A stretch of 64,000 nucleotides of DNA from Callorhinchus milii (Eukaryota), in contig NW_024704743.1 of NCBI RefSeq assembly GCF_018977255.1, positions 16,866,001 through 16,930,000 on the forward strand. Reading direction: 5' to 3'. Shown one piece after another: positions 25,150 to 37,841 of the stretch. Within the stretch, counting starts at the first letter, position 1. Every line of letters starts with the position of its first letter. The position numbers and the translations under genes are program-made. The notes beneath the pieces were generated by a model. The model was not told where the DNA came from. It searched no databases and saw nothing but the letters and a program-made list of their open reading frames with translations.

Positions 25150-25495
25150 GTTGACAGTCTAATGCTGGGGGAGCACTGCATTTTGGAGTTGCTGACCTTT
25201 GGAATGAGACATTAAACTGCAGTCTTGTCTGCCTGTTTAAGTGAATGTTAAAGATCCTATGGTACTATTGAAAAAGAGGAGGGTGTGTCTGCTGATGCCC
25301 AGGTCAGCAATTCCCCCGGAGAAAAATTGGTCATTCACTTGATGGGTGTTTGTGGACCATCACTGTTTGCAAATTGACTGTCGCATTTGCCTACAAATAC
25401 ACCTTCACTGCAATTTACAGTATATCCTGTGATGCATCTGAGACATTCTCCCGCCATGAAAGAAGTTATATCAGTTGTAAGGTTTATTTATTATT
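25150..25495 (+). mobile_element. Deu-domain SINE
   Basis: cctttggaatgagacattaaactgcagtcttgtctgcctgtttaagtgaatgttaaagatcctatggtactattgaaaaagag core plus tail. Confidence 0.72.
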
Positions 25496-25899
25496 GTGAT
25501 CTATGCCTCGTACAATATAAAAGCTCTTCAGAACCTTAGCTTGGTATTTCCTCATCACTTCCTGCCCTATCTCGAGTTCACTGCAACTCTTTATAATATT
25601 GTTGATGTGCCACACCATGGCCCTTCACTTAGGTTCTCAATAAAAGATCCTTAACAACAACAACAACTTGCATTTATGTAGCGCCCTTCACACGGGGTAG
25701 CGTCCTGGAGCTCTTGACTTTTTTTGTCAAGTTAGTAACTAGTTTGTTGCAGAATTTCGTAATCGCAGACCGATGCAGAGAGATGTAAGTGAAGTTTGAG
25801 GTACACAATATTGTCTGGTAATAGTATTTATAGCCACTGGAATTTATTGTAAAGTAGTTTGGACATCTGGTTTGAATAAAACAGGGATGAAACAGAAAG

Positions 25900-26250
25900 A
25901 CTGAGGGGGGATCGTAAAAGAGGTCTTTAAAATTATGAAGGTTTTGATAGAGTGGAGGAGAAATTATTTCTAGCGATTATTGAAACAGTGATTAGATAGT
26001 TACCAAATTAAGAGTAATTATTTTTACAAGAGAGTTGCTAGGATGTGGAATGTCCTGCCAATGCGGTGGTCAAGACATGATGCATATTAGCTTTCAAGAG
26101 GGAACAAGATAAATATGTAAAAAGGAGACATTTGAAGGGGTGTGGGGAAAATGCAGGTAAATGGAACTGAGTGGATTGCTCTTTCAAGGAGCCAACACTG
26201 AAATGAGGAACCAAATGGCATTCTTCTGTGCTATAAGCTTCTTTGCTTCT
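25900..26250 (+). mobile_element. old CR1 3' fragment
   Basis: Degenerate EVFKIMK...RVxxMWNxLP and a CR1-like tail. Confidence 0.6.
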
Positions 26251-27722
26251 GTGAATGTGTGAGATTGGTTTGATTTCAGCTACTCGTGAAGTTCACTGAG
26301 ATTTGCATCTGTGTCTAGTTTAAATAAGATTTCTAAACTGGCTACGAGTCATCTCAACATCATAAGCAAATTAAATAAACTGTTGCAGCCAACAGCAGTT
26401 AATAGGAACTCTTCCCTCAATTGGAACACCTCAAGGACTTGAGTCAACAATTTAAGTATTGTCTACCACTTTGAGGTTGAAAAGGCATCTGCTGGTAAAA
26501 ACAGCAGCAGAAATGATCCCTCGACCCGGAGAAAGTGAGTTGGGAATTAAATGGGTCTGCGTCAGGGAACATTAACTACATGACTCCAAACCATAAGACT
26601 TCGATTTTGATCTGAATCCACCTTAGAGCTGGTTCTCTGCAGGAGATGCACTTTACAACCTGAAGTGATTACAACCATTTTGCACCATACTCTCTAGAAC
26701 TCTCTCCCTAAAAGCCTCTGCCTTCTTCACTCCCTCTCTGCTTTTAAGATCTTTTCATTCAATGAGCTTTGGCCACCTTCTGCTTAACTCACCCATCTCC
26801 CATCCAGCTCTGGTATCAATTCCAAATCTGTAAAATGCCTTGAATCATTCTCCAACTTGAATGACACTGTATAAGGGCTCTCTTGTTGCTGTCATGCCCT
26901 TTCTGGCATTAAAGCACCATTTATTCTGAGCTGGCAAGCAGTCTTTCAAATTCCTGATTTAACTGTATCTCAGCATGCAGAATACCACAGCATAATTATC
27001 ATAAATATAAGAATGAAAAAACATCTGCAGAATTACGGTAGCACAACATTATCTAGGCTCAACTTAATATCAAAGTCAGCCTAAACCGTAAGATGACCTC
27101 TTGGTATAAATACATAATACTCTCCTTTGATCAAGTGGCAGATTAATTGATGTGCAGAAACAGTACAGTCTGTCATGTGCTGATTCACTCCCTGAAGTTT
27201 ATCAGTTTTCAGCAAGTTGTCTGTAGTGCATGATTCACCAGCAATTGTATCTTAAACTCCTCCGCACTTATTTTCTTTCGCATGGATGTACTGCACATCT
27301 TAAAGGGAACTAACGGCTGGCTTTCATTTGCTTCAGAAAAAACAGTCACACCTTTAGAGTATATCCTCTGAAGTGCTTTGTGGCATCCTCCTGACATGAA
27401 AGGTGCTATACCAAACGTAAGGATTATTTATTATTGATTAACAATAACTTGTTCTAGGATATGGTCTTTCACATGGGATAGTGTCTTACATTGCTCCACA
27501 GAGAAAGGGGTGGAAACCACTGCAGAGTGTAAAATGGGGAAGTATATCTTTGGAAAGGTTTTGAAAGCAGAGCGGGAGGAACGAGATTTTAGGTTGGAGT
27601 TCTAGAGACGAGGGAGGTGATGACTGAAAGCTTTTCCCTGATGCTCGGGTTTCTTGCTATACTGTTGAGTACACAGTTTCTAACAGCTGAAACCATACAG
27701 TACATACAGTAACCTCACTTGT

Positions 27723-28050
27723 GGAGTCCTGTAGCTCAGTGGTTAGAGCACTCGCTTTGCAAGTGAGAGACCTGAGTTCAATTCCAGGCAGGGCGAAACC
27801 TTGGGCAAGTTTCCTTACTCCACACAGAGCCTAATAATAATCCCTCCAAAACAAAGCAATAATAAATTGGTCATTTTCAATCTACGACTGTTTGTGGGAC
27901 ATTGCTGTGCGCAATTGGCTGCCGCGTTCGCCCACAAATATACAGTCAATTCACTTTACAGTCTATTCTGTGAAGCACTTTGGGACGTCCTCCCGACGTG
28001 AAAAGCGCTATATCAAATGCAAGGATTATTATTATTATTATTATTATTAT
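27723..28050 (+). mobile_element. tRNA-Ala-like SINE, young short variant (apparently full length)
   Basis: GGAGTCCTGTAGCTCAGTGGTTAGAGCACTCGCTTTGCAAGTGAGAGACCTGAGTTCAATTCC head (A box, TGC anticodon loop, B box) and tail ...gcgctatatcaaatgcaagg(ATT)n. Confidence 0.93.
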
Positions 28051-28449
28051 CACAGCAAAAAATGACCTCAGACAATCTGACTCATCCATCGTCGGAAGGG
28101 CTAGTGTTTCAATTACAACTACACGACCCCACCTTGAATCTCAGCGGATTCTGTCTCATTTTATCTCTGGAAGAATCTTCACCTCCACATTTAAATAATA
28201 GCTACTGTACTCTTACATTTTGTTGATAAACGTGTTCAAAGAGTTGCCGATTGTTGGACTGTGGGCATTTCTTCTCTGGTGTATATCACTTTGGCTCTCG
28301 GGTATCTGGTTTTATTTAAAAGCTGGATACATTTTTATTCCAAAATTAGATAGAATACTAAGAATAAAGAATGATTTGGAAGTTTAAAATGTCAGCATCA
28401 ACATTAATAGCTTTGAAGCTGTTCTCTGCTTAACATTAATCCATTAATA

Positions 28450-28949
28450 TTCATTGTGATCATGGAATATAGGACACAAAATAGCAGTATTTCTAAGCAC
28501 ATAGAGACAATTCACTAAACCTACCTTTAGTAGCAGAATAGAACTTAAGTTTGATCAATAAATGTGCTGCATGGAACGGTATAGACCCTACCGATGGAGC
28601 AGAAAAGAGGCATCTTTACACTGTTGTACTGGGCGGGGAAGAGTCAGTTGCAATTCACTGTATGTGGGAAGTGGCAACATGCTACAGTCTCCTTTGGGAG
28701 ACTGTACATTACTTTTCTATAGTAATTCCTTTTATCCTGCTGTCAAAACTGTACACCCATCCTGTATCATTCTTGATATGTAATCTCAACGACTCGTTTA
28801 AGGTATGTGTCAGTTTGGATCATTTGTCATGTGTCATTTATTGATCGAGCTTAAGTTCTATTCTGCTACTAAAGGTAGGTTTAGTGAATTGCCTCTATGT
28901 GTTCAGAAATGCTGCAATTTTGTGTCCTGTATTCCATGATCACAATGAA
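28450..28949. repeat. long inverted repeat (115-bp arms at 28450-28564 and 28835-28949, 270-bp spacer)
   Basis: Left arm ttcattgtgatcatggaata...ttcactaaacctacctttagtagcagaatagaacttaag...atcaataaatg is the reverse complement of the right arm, with only a handful of mismatches. Confidence 0.92.
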
Positions 28950-29084
28950 ACACTTGTGAAGCACTTTGTAAAGCACTTTGAGATGCCTGGATGACACAAT
29001 AAGTTACTGTATCAGATGCAAGGAGTATTATTATAACAACAGTAAAAGTAATCCAGTACCTTTGTGCACTTTCTCTTTTTACAG

Positions 29085-29632
29085 AAAGAGGCTCCATTGG
29101 ACACCTTGATCTCACTGGACTGATTGGGGTACCTCTCCCAGCAAATGTCTCCTTCATCACGGGATATGAAGGCTTCCCTGCATACAGTTTCGGACTAGGA
29201 GTAAACATTGGTCGGTTGACTAGGACGATGATACCTTCGCGTTTCTACAGGGACTTTGCAATTCTCGTGACCATTAGGCCAGAGAGTGAAAATGGTGGAG
29301 TGCTGTTTGCAATCACGAATGCCTTTCAAAGCATCATTTACTTGGGGCTGAAGCTAACTTCAGTGTGGAATGGTAGTCAGCGGATTGTGTTATTTTACAC
29401 GGAGAGGAGCTATCAAGCTTCCCACGAGGTGGCTTCCTTTGAGGTGCCGGCCATGACAAACAAGTGGACACGCTTTGCTTTGTCTATTCAAGACAATCTT
29501 GTCACCCTGTACTTAGACTGTGAGGAAGATCAGCGAAGTTACATGAAGCGATCATCTCAACCCTTAGTCTTTGATTCCAGCTCGGGGATTTTCATTGGAA
29601 ATGCAGGAGCATCAGGTTTAAACAACTTTGTA
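29085..29632 (+). CDS. col15a1: collagen XV alpha-1 exon encoding the TSPN (thrombospondin N-terminal/LamG-like) domain
   Basis: Acceptor ttctctttttacag, donor GTA|GTAAGT, 548 bp. Translation (E)RGSIGHLDLTGLIGVPLPANVSFITGYEGFPAYSFG...FYRDFAILVTIRPESENGGVLFAITNAFQSIIYLGLKL...LDCEE...SSGIFIGNAGASGLNNFV. This resembles the COL15A1 TSPN domain (HLDLTxLIGVPLP, GFPAYSFG) rather than COL18A1 (LLQLLGDPPP). Confidence 0.96.
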
Positions 29633-30476
29633 GTAAGTATCGTGGAACTCCTTTACCCGTTACCTTTTTTTGGCTTAAAATATGAAAATCGTAAAGTGAT
29701 CTTTTCCTCCCTTTTGCTAGCAAAGTCTGCTCCTGTGCTACGTTAAGTGCTGAAGGACCAGGCATCTATGGTAGCGCTGTATTGTAGTGAGTGAGTTCAT
29801 GTTGACAGTCATTTTTCTCAAGGCTAATATTTACGAAACTCGTTTAACCAACCACCAGAACCAAATATTGAATTCTCTTTTTGAAAATACCATAAGATTT
29901 TTAACGTCTCATCTGCAGGATGGTCAGGTTGTTTCATTTTAAACTTATATTTTCTTGTATTACATATTACATAGAATGCTACAGCATAAAAACTGGCCAC
30001 TTGGGCTGAGCAGGAAGTCCTTCCTGAGCACAAAGAGCCTAATAATGTTTATACTGGGAGCCCAGTCTACTGGGAATTCTTGTGGGTTGATCATGTATCA
30101 CCCGTGCGGACAGTTCACATCCAGCTCAGGTCTACGTTTGTATGGCAAGCACGGTGATAAGTAGCATTGAGATAACCAAGTTGGTCAAATTTCACATTGC
30201 TAATCAAATTAATGTCCAGTTGTCTTTTTGACGACCTACATTGTGTTACCTAATAACATTTAACAGGGGAACCATGGGACGGTTATAGTCCTTCTCCCTC
30301 CCAGCTCAGGTGAAACCAGAAGGTTTTTCACGTCAAGGTTCAAATCAAATCCACTCAACCCTTCATTCTTGATGATTGGCCTCTTTGGGGGTTGTACCAG
30401 AATGTGATCAGCCAACACAGCAAATAAACTATGCCTTATGGCCCCACGAGGTCTGAGGGGTCCTGGCTATGATTGT

Positions 30477-30832
30477 GGAGTCCTGTAGCCCAGTGGTTAG
30501 AGCACTCGCCTTGCAAGTGAGAGATCTGGGTTTGATTCCCGGCAGGGTGAAACTTTGAGCAAGTTTCCTTACTCCATACCGCTTTGTTTACTTAGCACTA
30601 AGTAGGAACTCTGGTTGGTAGTCAATTGGCGGATCGCTTTCCCGGGGGTAATAATTCCTTCAAGAAAACTAATAATAATAATTGGTCAATTCAATCCACG
30701 ACTATTCAATTGGCTGCCATGTTTCGCCCACAAAATATACAGTCAATTCACTTCACAGTACAGTTGTGAAGCGCTTTGAGACATCTTGAAGATGTGATAA
30801 AGTGCTATATCAAATGCAAGGATTATTTATTA
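30477..30832 (+). mobile_element. tRNA-derived SINE, long variant
   Basis: Complete head, central insert and tail. Confidence 0.87.
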
Positions 30833-31159
30833 CGAGTTATGCCATTACCTCCCAGCTGCACCTCTCTTCCCATCGCTATCCGATATGAGGCAGAGCAGTG
30901 AGCGTCAGGAGGAGAGGCGGAGCTGGAAGTATGAGTCATATCTCCAGGAGATTAGACAAGGTCAGAGGTAGCTGGAGAGCAGGAGCCATGTCTAGCAGCA
31001 AATAGAGCTTAGTAACGCTGAAAAAAGATTTTGATGCAGAAAGTGTTGATGAATTTAGGCACTTTCTGGATCTCATATCACATATTAAGTGTGCAAAAAC
31101 CAAAACTTAAGTGTGCGAGAAATGATAAAGTATATGAAACAGAATCACTTGGTGGAATC

Positions 31160-31380
31160 AACAATTCCAAATGTTGTACTTTGTTCGTTCTTATCAGTAC
31201 CAGTAACAATCTGAAGTGAACCTCATTCTCAAAGATGATTCTCATCTAACCTCACTCAGATCTACAATGATCCCGGATAGATTGAATGCACTCGCAATCG
31301 TGTCTATTGAGCACAATTTGATAAATACACTACGTTTTGATTATGTCGTTGAATGTTGCAACTATGAAGTCATGCAAGAT
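31160..31380 (+). mobile_element. hAT transposase C-terminal (dimerisation domain) relic
   Basis: Degenerate SFSKMILI...LRSTMIPDRLNALAIVSIEHNLINTLRFDYVVE, like the hATC motif LRSTMxxxRLxxLAILSIE. Confidence 0.6.
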
Positions 31381-32157
31381 AATATTTCAAAATAATATGT
31401 GCATTTATCATAGCGCCTTATCACGATTTCGAGACGTGTCAAAGCACTGCACAGAATGTACTGGAAAGTGAATTGTCAGAGGGACCTGGGAATGGAGTTC
31501 CAGAAAATGGGCACCAGTAGCTAAAAAAAACATTCTGCACATTTCCTTTGCTTGAATTTAGCCCTTACATAAATTGGGTTTTCACACATAAGAAAATGCC
31601 TTTCAATCTATCCTACAGTGTTGAGGCTGAATAAAACCATTTTTGGTTTGTTCAGCTATTGAGCCAATTAATCTCAATTCATTTAGTTCAAATTATTGAA
31701 TCCAAGCCCAAAGTATTTTGAAATCATTCAGATGAGCTTTATCCATCTTGTTCCAGGGATACTGAGAGTAAATCCATCTGGTGGCTAATATGAAAATAAT
31801 TCATTTATTTCTCAATGGTTTCACAGTTTACCAACTGGGAAGCATTTTCCTTTCCAGAAATGCCCTGCCTCTGCAAAACTCCATCTGAAAATGAATGATT
31901 CTTTGTTTAAACAAAGACATGTCCTCACTGCCACATTATTCTTTTAGGATAGACTCAGACTAGAGTTACCCACAAGAACACTGCTTTATTTTACATTGTC
32001 CACATGTTTCAGACACCCTTCACTGGCTCCTCGTACGCACTGTTTCACTTTTATTCACACATAGGCCATGAAATCTTATCCCTTAATAGGACAACCCTAC
32101 AGGTGTCATCGGTAAATTTAATACTACATGAAGTGATCTCCTCTGAGTCATTTATTA

Positions 32158-32515
32158 ACAACAACACCAACAACTTGCACGTATATAGGCCCTCCACGGA
32201 GGGTAGAGTTTCAGAGCGCTTAACAGCAGCGGAGCCTGACTCCAAGCCGTCGGGAGATGGCGTAAGCACGGTCGAACAGGAAAGTCTTCAGGCGGGACTT
32301 GAAAGAGGGGAGAAAGGGGGCAAGGGGAGGGATTGAGGGAGAGCGTTCCAGAGTTTTCCAGAGTAGCGGCAGAAAACACGACCTCCGATGGTGGGATGGA
32401 GGGTGTGAGGGATGAGCAGGAGGCCGGTGCCAGTCGAGTAGAGGCGCCGGGTGGTGGTTTGGGGAGTGAGGAAGTCAGAGAGATAGGGAAGTGCCGGGAG
32501 TGAATGGATTTGAAC
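32158..32515 (-). mobile_element. L2 3' fragment
   Basis: ALPYLSDFLTP...TIGGRVF...KLWNALPQSL and tail. Confidence 0.85.
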
Positions 32516-33117
32516 ATGCTGTGTTCTGGGCCTCCGCAACATTAAAATTGCAGAGGCCCAGAACACAGCCTTGCTTTTGCATTTCGTAAATAATCCCTCA
32601 CAGGCAAAGCTTTTTCGATTGATCATCACTTTATATCCACTGTTTCCTCTTTGTAATTGGGACGCACAGAGCTCTTGATTTGGCTCGGTACTCTTAAAGC
32701 ACGTTGATGGGTTTCCGCACATGTGCGACCAAAAGAAATATTGGCAAGAGTTTTCATTCCAGGACCAACTCACAACAACAACTTGCATTTATATAGCATC
32801 ATTCACTCAGGGTAGTATCCCAGAGCACTTGCCAGTGGCAGAGCATAATGCCGTCGAAGGGGAGGGGCCAGGTGACCAAAGGCACGATCAAAGAGGAAGG
32901 TCTTCAGGCACTTTTTGTTTAAAAGTCTCACGTGTGGAACTTTATCAAATGATGCCTGAAAAATCCAAATTAAATTACAGTCTGCTGAACAGCCCTCATC
33001 TTTTCATGTAGTTAATTTCTTATATAATTCCAGTAGATTCATAACTCTTGATCTGTTGCTGCTCAAGCCATGGAAAAATGTTCCTATAATATATGTGCTC
33101 TTCAGATGAAGATTGAT

Positions 33118-34650
33118 AAGAACATAAGATCATAAGAAATGCTACACAAAAAAAAACAAGGTTCATCTAGTTCGCTTTCCACCTTCCTGGCGGTCGCAAG
33201 TACATATGTCCCAAACTGCGTATCTACTATATCCCATAATGTTATTTTCTAAAAGAAAACTATCTAATCTGCGTTTGAAAGAATCAACATTTCCTGCTCC
33301 CCAGGGAGCCTGTTCCACAGGTTTACTATTCACTCACTGAAATAATGTTTGCGTAGTTTTGTTGTCAACTTACCCCCCTTCAATCGCAGGCTGTGTCCTC
33401 TGGTTCTGCTATTCTGAACAAATTCAAACAGCCTGTCATGATCTATATTGTCTCGCCACTTTAGAATCTTAAAGACAGCAATTATGTCTTCTCTCAATCT
33501 TCTCTTTTCCAGCGTGAACATGCCCAATTGACTTAGTCGCGCTTCATAGTCCAGTCCTTCCATTCCCTCATTCATTTTGGTTGCCCTCCTCTGTATCTTC
33601 TTTTCCAATATCATTGCTATACTGCGGTGACCAGAACTGTACACAGTATTCCAAGTATGGTCTCACTAATGATTTATACAGTGGGAGGATTACCCCACTA
33701 TTTCGGCTTGCAATTGATCTTTTGATATATCCTAACATCTGGTTTGCTTTACTCACTGACAGAGAGCATTGTTGGGAGAGCTTCAATTTATTGTCAATTG
33801 GTCTTTTTCGTTTTCCATACATATTATTTTCCGTCCAATCAAATAATAGTCCCTTTCAAGATTTTTGTCCCCATGTGAAGTATTTTACATTTCTCCACAT
33901 TGAATTTCATCTGCCCCCGATCTCCCCAATTCACAAGTATGTTCAAATCCTCCTGTAACCCATCTTGTTCAGCTTTGTAATCTACCACTTTCATTAGCGT
34001 GCAGTCATCTGCAAACTTAGCCACTGTGCTTGCGACTCCTAGTTCCAGATCATTTATAAAAATATTAAACAAAAGAGGTCGCAAAACAGACCCTTGTGAA
34101 ACTCCACTGGTAACATTTACCCAGTCTGATGACATTGCCTGTACCAACACCTTCTGGGTTCTTCTGGTCAACCCATTGCATATCCATTGTAATACACCTC
34201 CACTGATTCCCGCTTTTTTTTACTTTCAGTACCAACCTCTCAAGAAGAACTGTATCAAAGGCCTTACTGAAATCCAGATATACAACATCCACAGCCTTAC
34301 CCTTATCAAGTTCCCTTGTCACACTGTAAAAGAAAACCAGTAAATTAAATTGGCAAGACCTTCCCTTCATGAACCCATATGTTACCATGTATGATTTTAT
34401 TTCTGTCCAGATGCTCCATGATTTCATCCTTAGTAAGAGTCTCCATCATTTTACCCACATTGTACGTCAAACTTACTGGCCTGTAGTTTCCTGGGTCACT
34501 TTTGTTCCTTTCTTAAAATGAGTAGTAACATCTGCCTTTCTCCAGTCCCCCGGCACCTCTCCAGTATTCAGTGATTTTTGAAAGATTTGTGCCAGCGTTT
34601 CTGCGACTTCCTCCCTTAGTTCCTTAAGGATCCTCAGATGCAATTTATCC
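33118..34650 (-). mobile_element. CR1 LINE (RT plus 3' end), frameshifted
   Basis: GFMKGRSCQFNL, VYLDFSKAFDTV, VTSGVSQGSVL, KFADDCTL, LVRPYLEYCVQFWSP, LEKRRLREDII. (TTCTTATG)-like terminal repeats. Confidence 0.93.
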
Positions 34651-37476
34651 AACTACGACTTCCGGCTCCTTTCCTAACAGAGACCCAATCCTCTCCTCTA
34701 GTTCTGTCACTGTAAATGTTGGGTGAAATGTTTATCGACTTCTTGGATTTGTTTTTGTAAATTTATCTGGATCTAGTTGATTGCATGTCTGGCAGTTCCT
34801 GGTTCTCTTACTCGGGACCTCAAAAATCTGTTCTGCATGAAGTTTGCTTAGCTGGATACTGAATGGTAGTCTGCTCTCTATGCTGCACTAACGAAAAACA
34901 GAGAAACTGGAAAAAAAAGCATAACTCACAACCTAAAATGTCAAAATAACCTGAACCATCTGAGGACACGCAGGAAAAGGTTCATCAATAATAAAAACAA
35001 CAAACATTTCTATGAATGACTAGGAGTGGAATTTGACAGCTCTGTAACATGAACCTGCATAAAACTGTTTACATTAGTTGCAGAGCTCTGTAAACTCTAT
35101 CACTTTGTCTTGAGGAAACGTGTTCTGGCTCCTGTGGCTTCCTCCTATTTTCTGCAATTTGTTGATGCTTTATTTACTACAGTAACTTAGTAGAGAGTTT
35201 TAAGAACTGCAATAGGTTGTCTGTCACAGTTCTGTGTGATTTGCTGCTGATTGTTCTGTAAAACGTTAACAAGAGACCCTGCTCTGTGGCCGATCTGTGT
35301 GTGTTTGCACAAATTTTATTGGAGATACAAGTGGACTTGGCTTCAGGTGTGTAAAGTTGGCCAGAATCTACAATAATTTCCATGCAGCAGCCCTTGGGCA
35401 GCACATCACAGAATTGTATGGCCAGGTTCTATTAGTCAGTGACTTAAGACTTTTTGGAGAAAAATACCTTCGTGTTTCTCATGAGCTTTGATCACCCACC
35501 AATAAAAATAGTAATAAACTTTGCATTTGATTTAGCTCCTTATCTCGTCATTGAGACGTCTCAAAGTATTTCACAGAATATATTGTAAAGTAGATTGACT
35601 GTGTATTTTGTGGGCGAAACAAAAAACCCAACAAATGGTGATTTTGTCTGGAGTTTTATATCTGCTAGAATCTAACACTCTGATACGGCTGAAATTTTTC
35701 ACCTGTATGATTATTAAGACTCTAGCTTTCTGGGTCCGTCATTCTTTGCGCTCTGAATGATATCTCTGACTATGGGGTCTAACTTACTAGATTTACAAAA
35801 GGATTTGTAAATAGCAAATTCTGCTGATAGCCCGGTGGCCTCAGCCTCACACGCTGGAACTCCTGATAGACAACAAGCTCCTGCTGGGAGCTCAGGAGCC
35901 TCCTTTGGTCACAATCAGACTTCCTGGAAGTTAAAATTGAAACTGAGATGAATTCCTGAGCAGAGTTACAGAGATTCAGGGAGACTAAGTTGTACATTAC
36001 AGCTGTTGTCTGAGAGAGCCGGAAGAGCCTGAAATATGGAATATGGAGTTGAACAATAACAAAGTTACATTTTTAAAGCGCCTTTCACAATGGGGGCAAA
36101 TCCCAAGGCGCTTGTCAGGAACAAATTGGTGTAGATCACAGAAGAGAGCCAGTGCTATTACACGAAAGAGATACAGCAGGTGGAGTTGGAAGCAGAAAGA
36201 AACAAAGAGGGAAGAAACTCACACTGAAACAATGGGGATCGACACTGCTGTGAGCAATTGGCTGCCAGTTTCACCCACAAAATATACAGTCAATTCACTT
36301 TACAATATATCCTGTAAGGTGTGTTGAGATGTCTCAATGACATGATTAGGCTTTATATCAAATGCAAGGATTATTATTATATTTTATATATATAGTGTGG
36401 CTGGCACACCCCCCAGTGCTCTCCTCTAAATTCTCTCACCTGTGGCTCAGACAGCCCTCACGGCACTTGGCCCTGGAGCCTCAGAACTGTACCTTAACCC
36501 CTTGGGAACAGAAGAGATTCAGGGGCTGCTGCACAATATACAAACCTGCAGATCACCAAGAGTCAGTAGGTTGGTGGCTAGGTGGCAGAATGTGGAAGCT
36601 ATGGGCTTCATAAGCTGAGTGATCTTTTCTTATTGCATGATTCCTTGCATCCCTATAAACATTAGCAACTAGTTGCAGCTCCAACTGCTGCCCCCACTGA
36701 GGTCAACAAAATAAGCAACAAATTTGCAGCTGTAACCTTCCAGTCGGTATGGCTTAAGATGGCCCACTGGCAAAAGGCCATATGGGAATTGTTGGATACT
36801 AATTAATAAATAAGGACCAATTGACTAGGACCAATGGAAGGAGTTCAGGATGGAGAGAAAGCAGGGAGAACTGAGTAGAGAGTATTTGGTGCGACTGTTG
36901 GATTGTGCAACTGGATACCTAAACTAAAACACATTGTTTGTTGGGAACATGACAGGGATAACAGAGCTGCACTGCTGTTGTTTATAGCTCTTAGTAGGAC
37001 CGCTCGACAGACTGTTTTGGTATTTCTGCACATGCATGTATTAGGCTACCATGTGTCTGGGTCCAAACCCAAGCTTCTTGTGTGATTGATGTGAAGAGGA
37101 GTGTGATAAATGTATAGTAGATGAAATCGTTGGTTTCAACAGTTCATCTGTCAGCAACTGTGAGTATTGCTGTGATTTCTTACTCTCTGTGTGAGAGAGA
37201 AGAAATAGCAACAGAACAGTTAGGGGTGACATGGAAAAGTTTGGAAACTGGTGCTAAAGGAATAGATTTTAATAATTTTAGAGTGTCCAAAAATAACTCG
37301 CATTTACCACAATCTGCTTTACATCTCTTTCCACTATAGTCCCTTGTGATAACTTTGGTGTTACTCCCAAGACAGTATCATGCATTAATAATGTTTTACT
37401 TTTCTCTTTCTCCGTCCTTTTTCACATAAAATGAGGTCTAAAAGGTGGCAATTTCAAACTGTATTTAGTAATATTA

Positions 37477-37841
37477 ATAATAATAATTCTTGCATTTGAT
37501 ATAGTGCCTTATTATGTCATTGAGGCACCTCAAAGCACTTCACAGAATATATTGTAAAGTGGATTGTCTGTGTATTTTGTGGGCGAAACGCGGCAGCCAA
37601 TTGTGCACAGCAGTGTCTTACAGTCATGAATTGAGTGAACACAATTTTTTTTGGGGGAGAGATTATTAACCCTGGAAAGCAATCTGCCAATCGACTAACA
37701 ACCGGGTTCATACTTACTGCTAGGTAAACAGAGGCATATGAATTATGGAAACTTGTCTAAGGTTTCGCCCTCTCCGGGAATCGAACCCAGGTCCTCTCAC
37801 TTGTGAGGAGAGTGCTCTAGCCACTGAGCTACATGATTCCA
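37477..37841 (-). mobile_element. tRNA-derived SINE, long variant
   Basis: Reverse complement of the full SINE. Confidence 0.87.

Noticed and set aside
27723..27795. tRNA-Ala(TGC)-like sequences
   Set aside because: They lack a proper acceptor stem and run into SINE body and tail in about a dozen copies. They are SINE heads, not tRNA genes.
29085..29632. Assignment to col18a1
   Set aside because: Diagnostic TSPN residues (HLDLTxLIGVPLP, TGYEGFPAYSFG, RDFAI) fit collagen XV.
29633..29746. C-terminal extension of ORF 29216-29746, and similar read-through ORFs at 22014-22063 and 57458-57561
   Set aside because: These run past strong splice donors into intron sequence.
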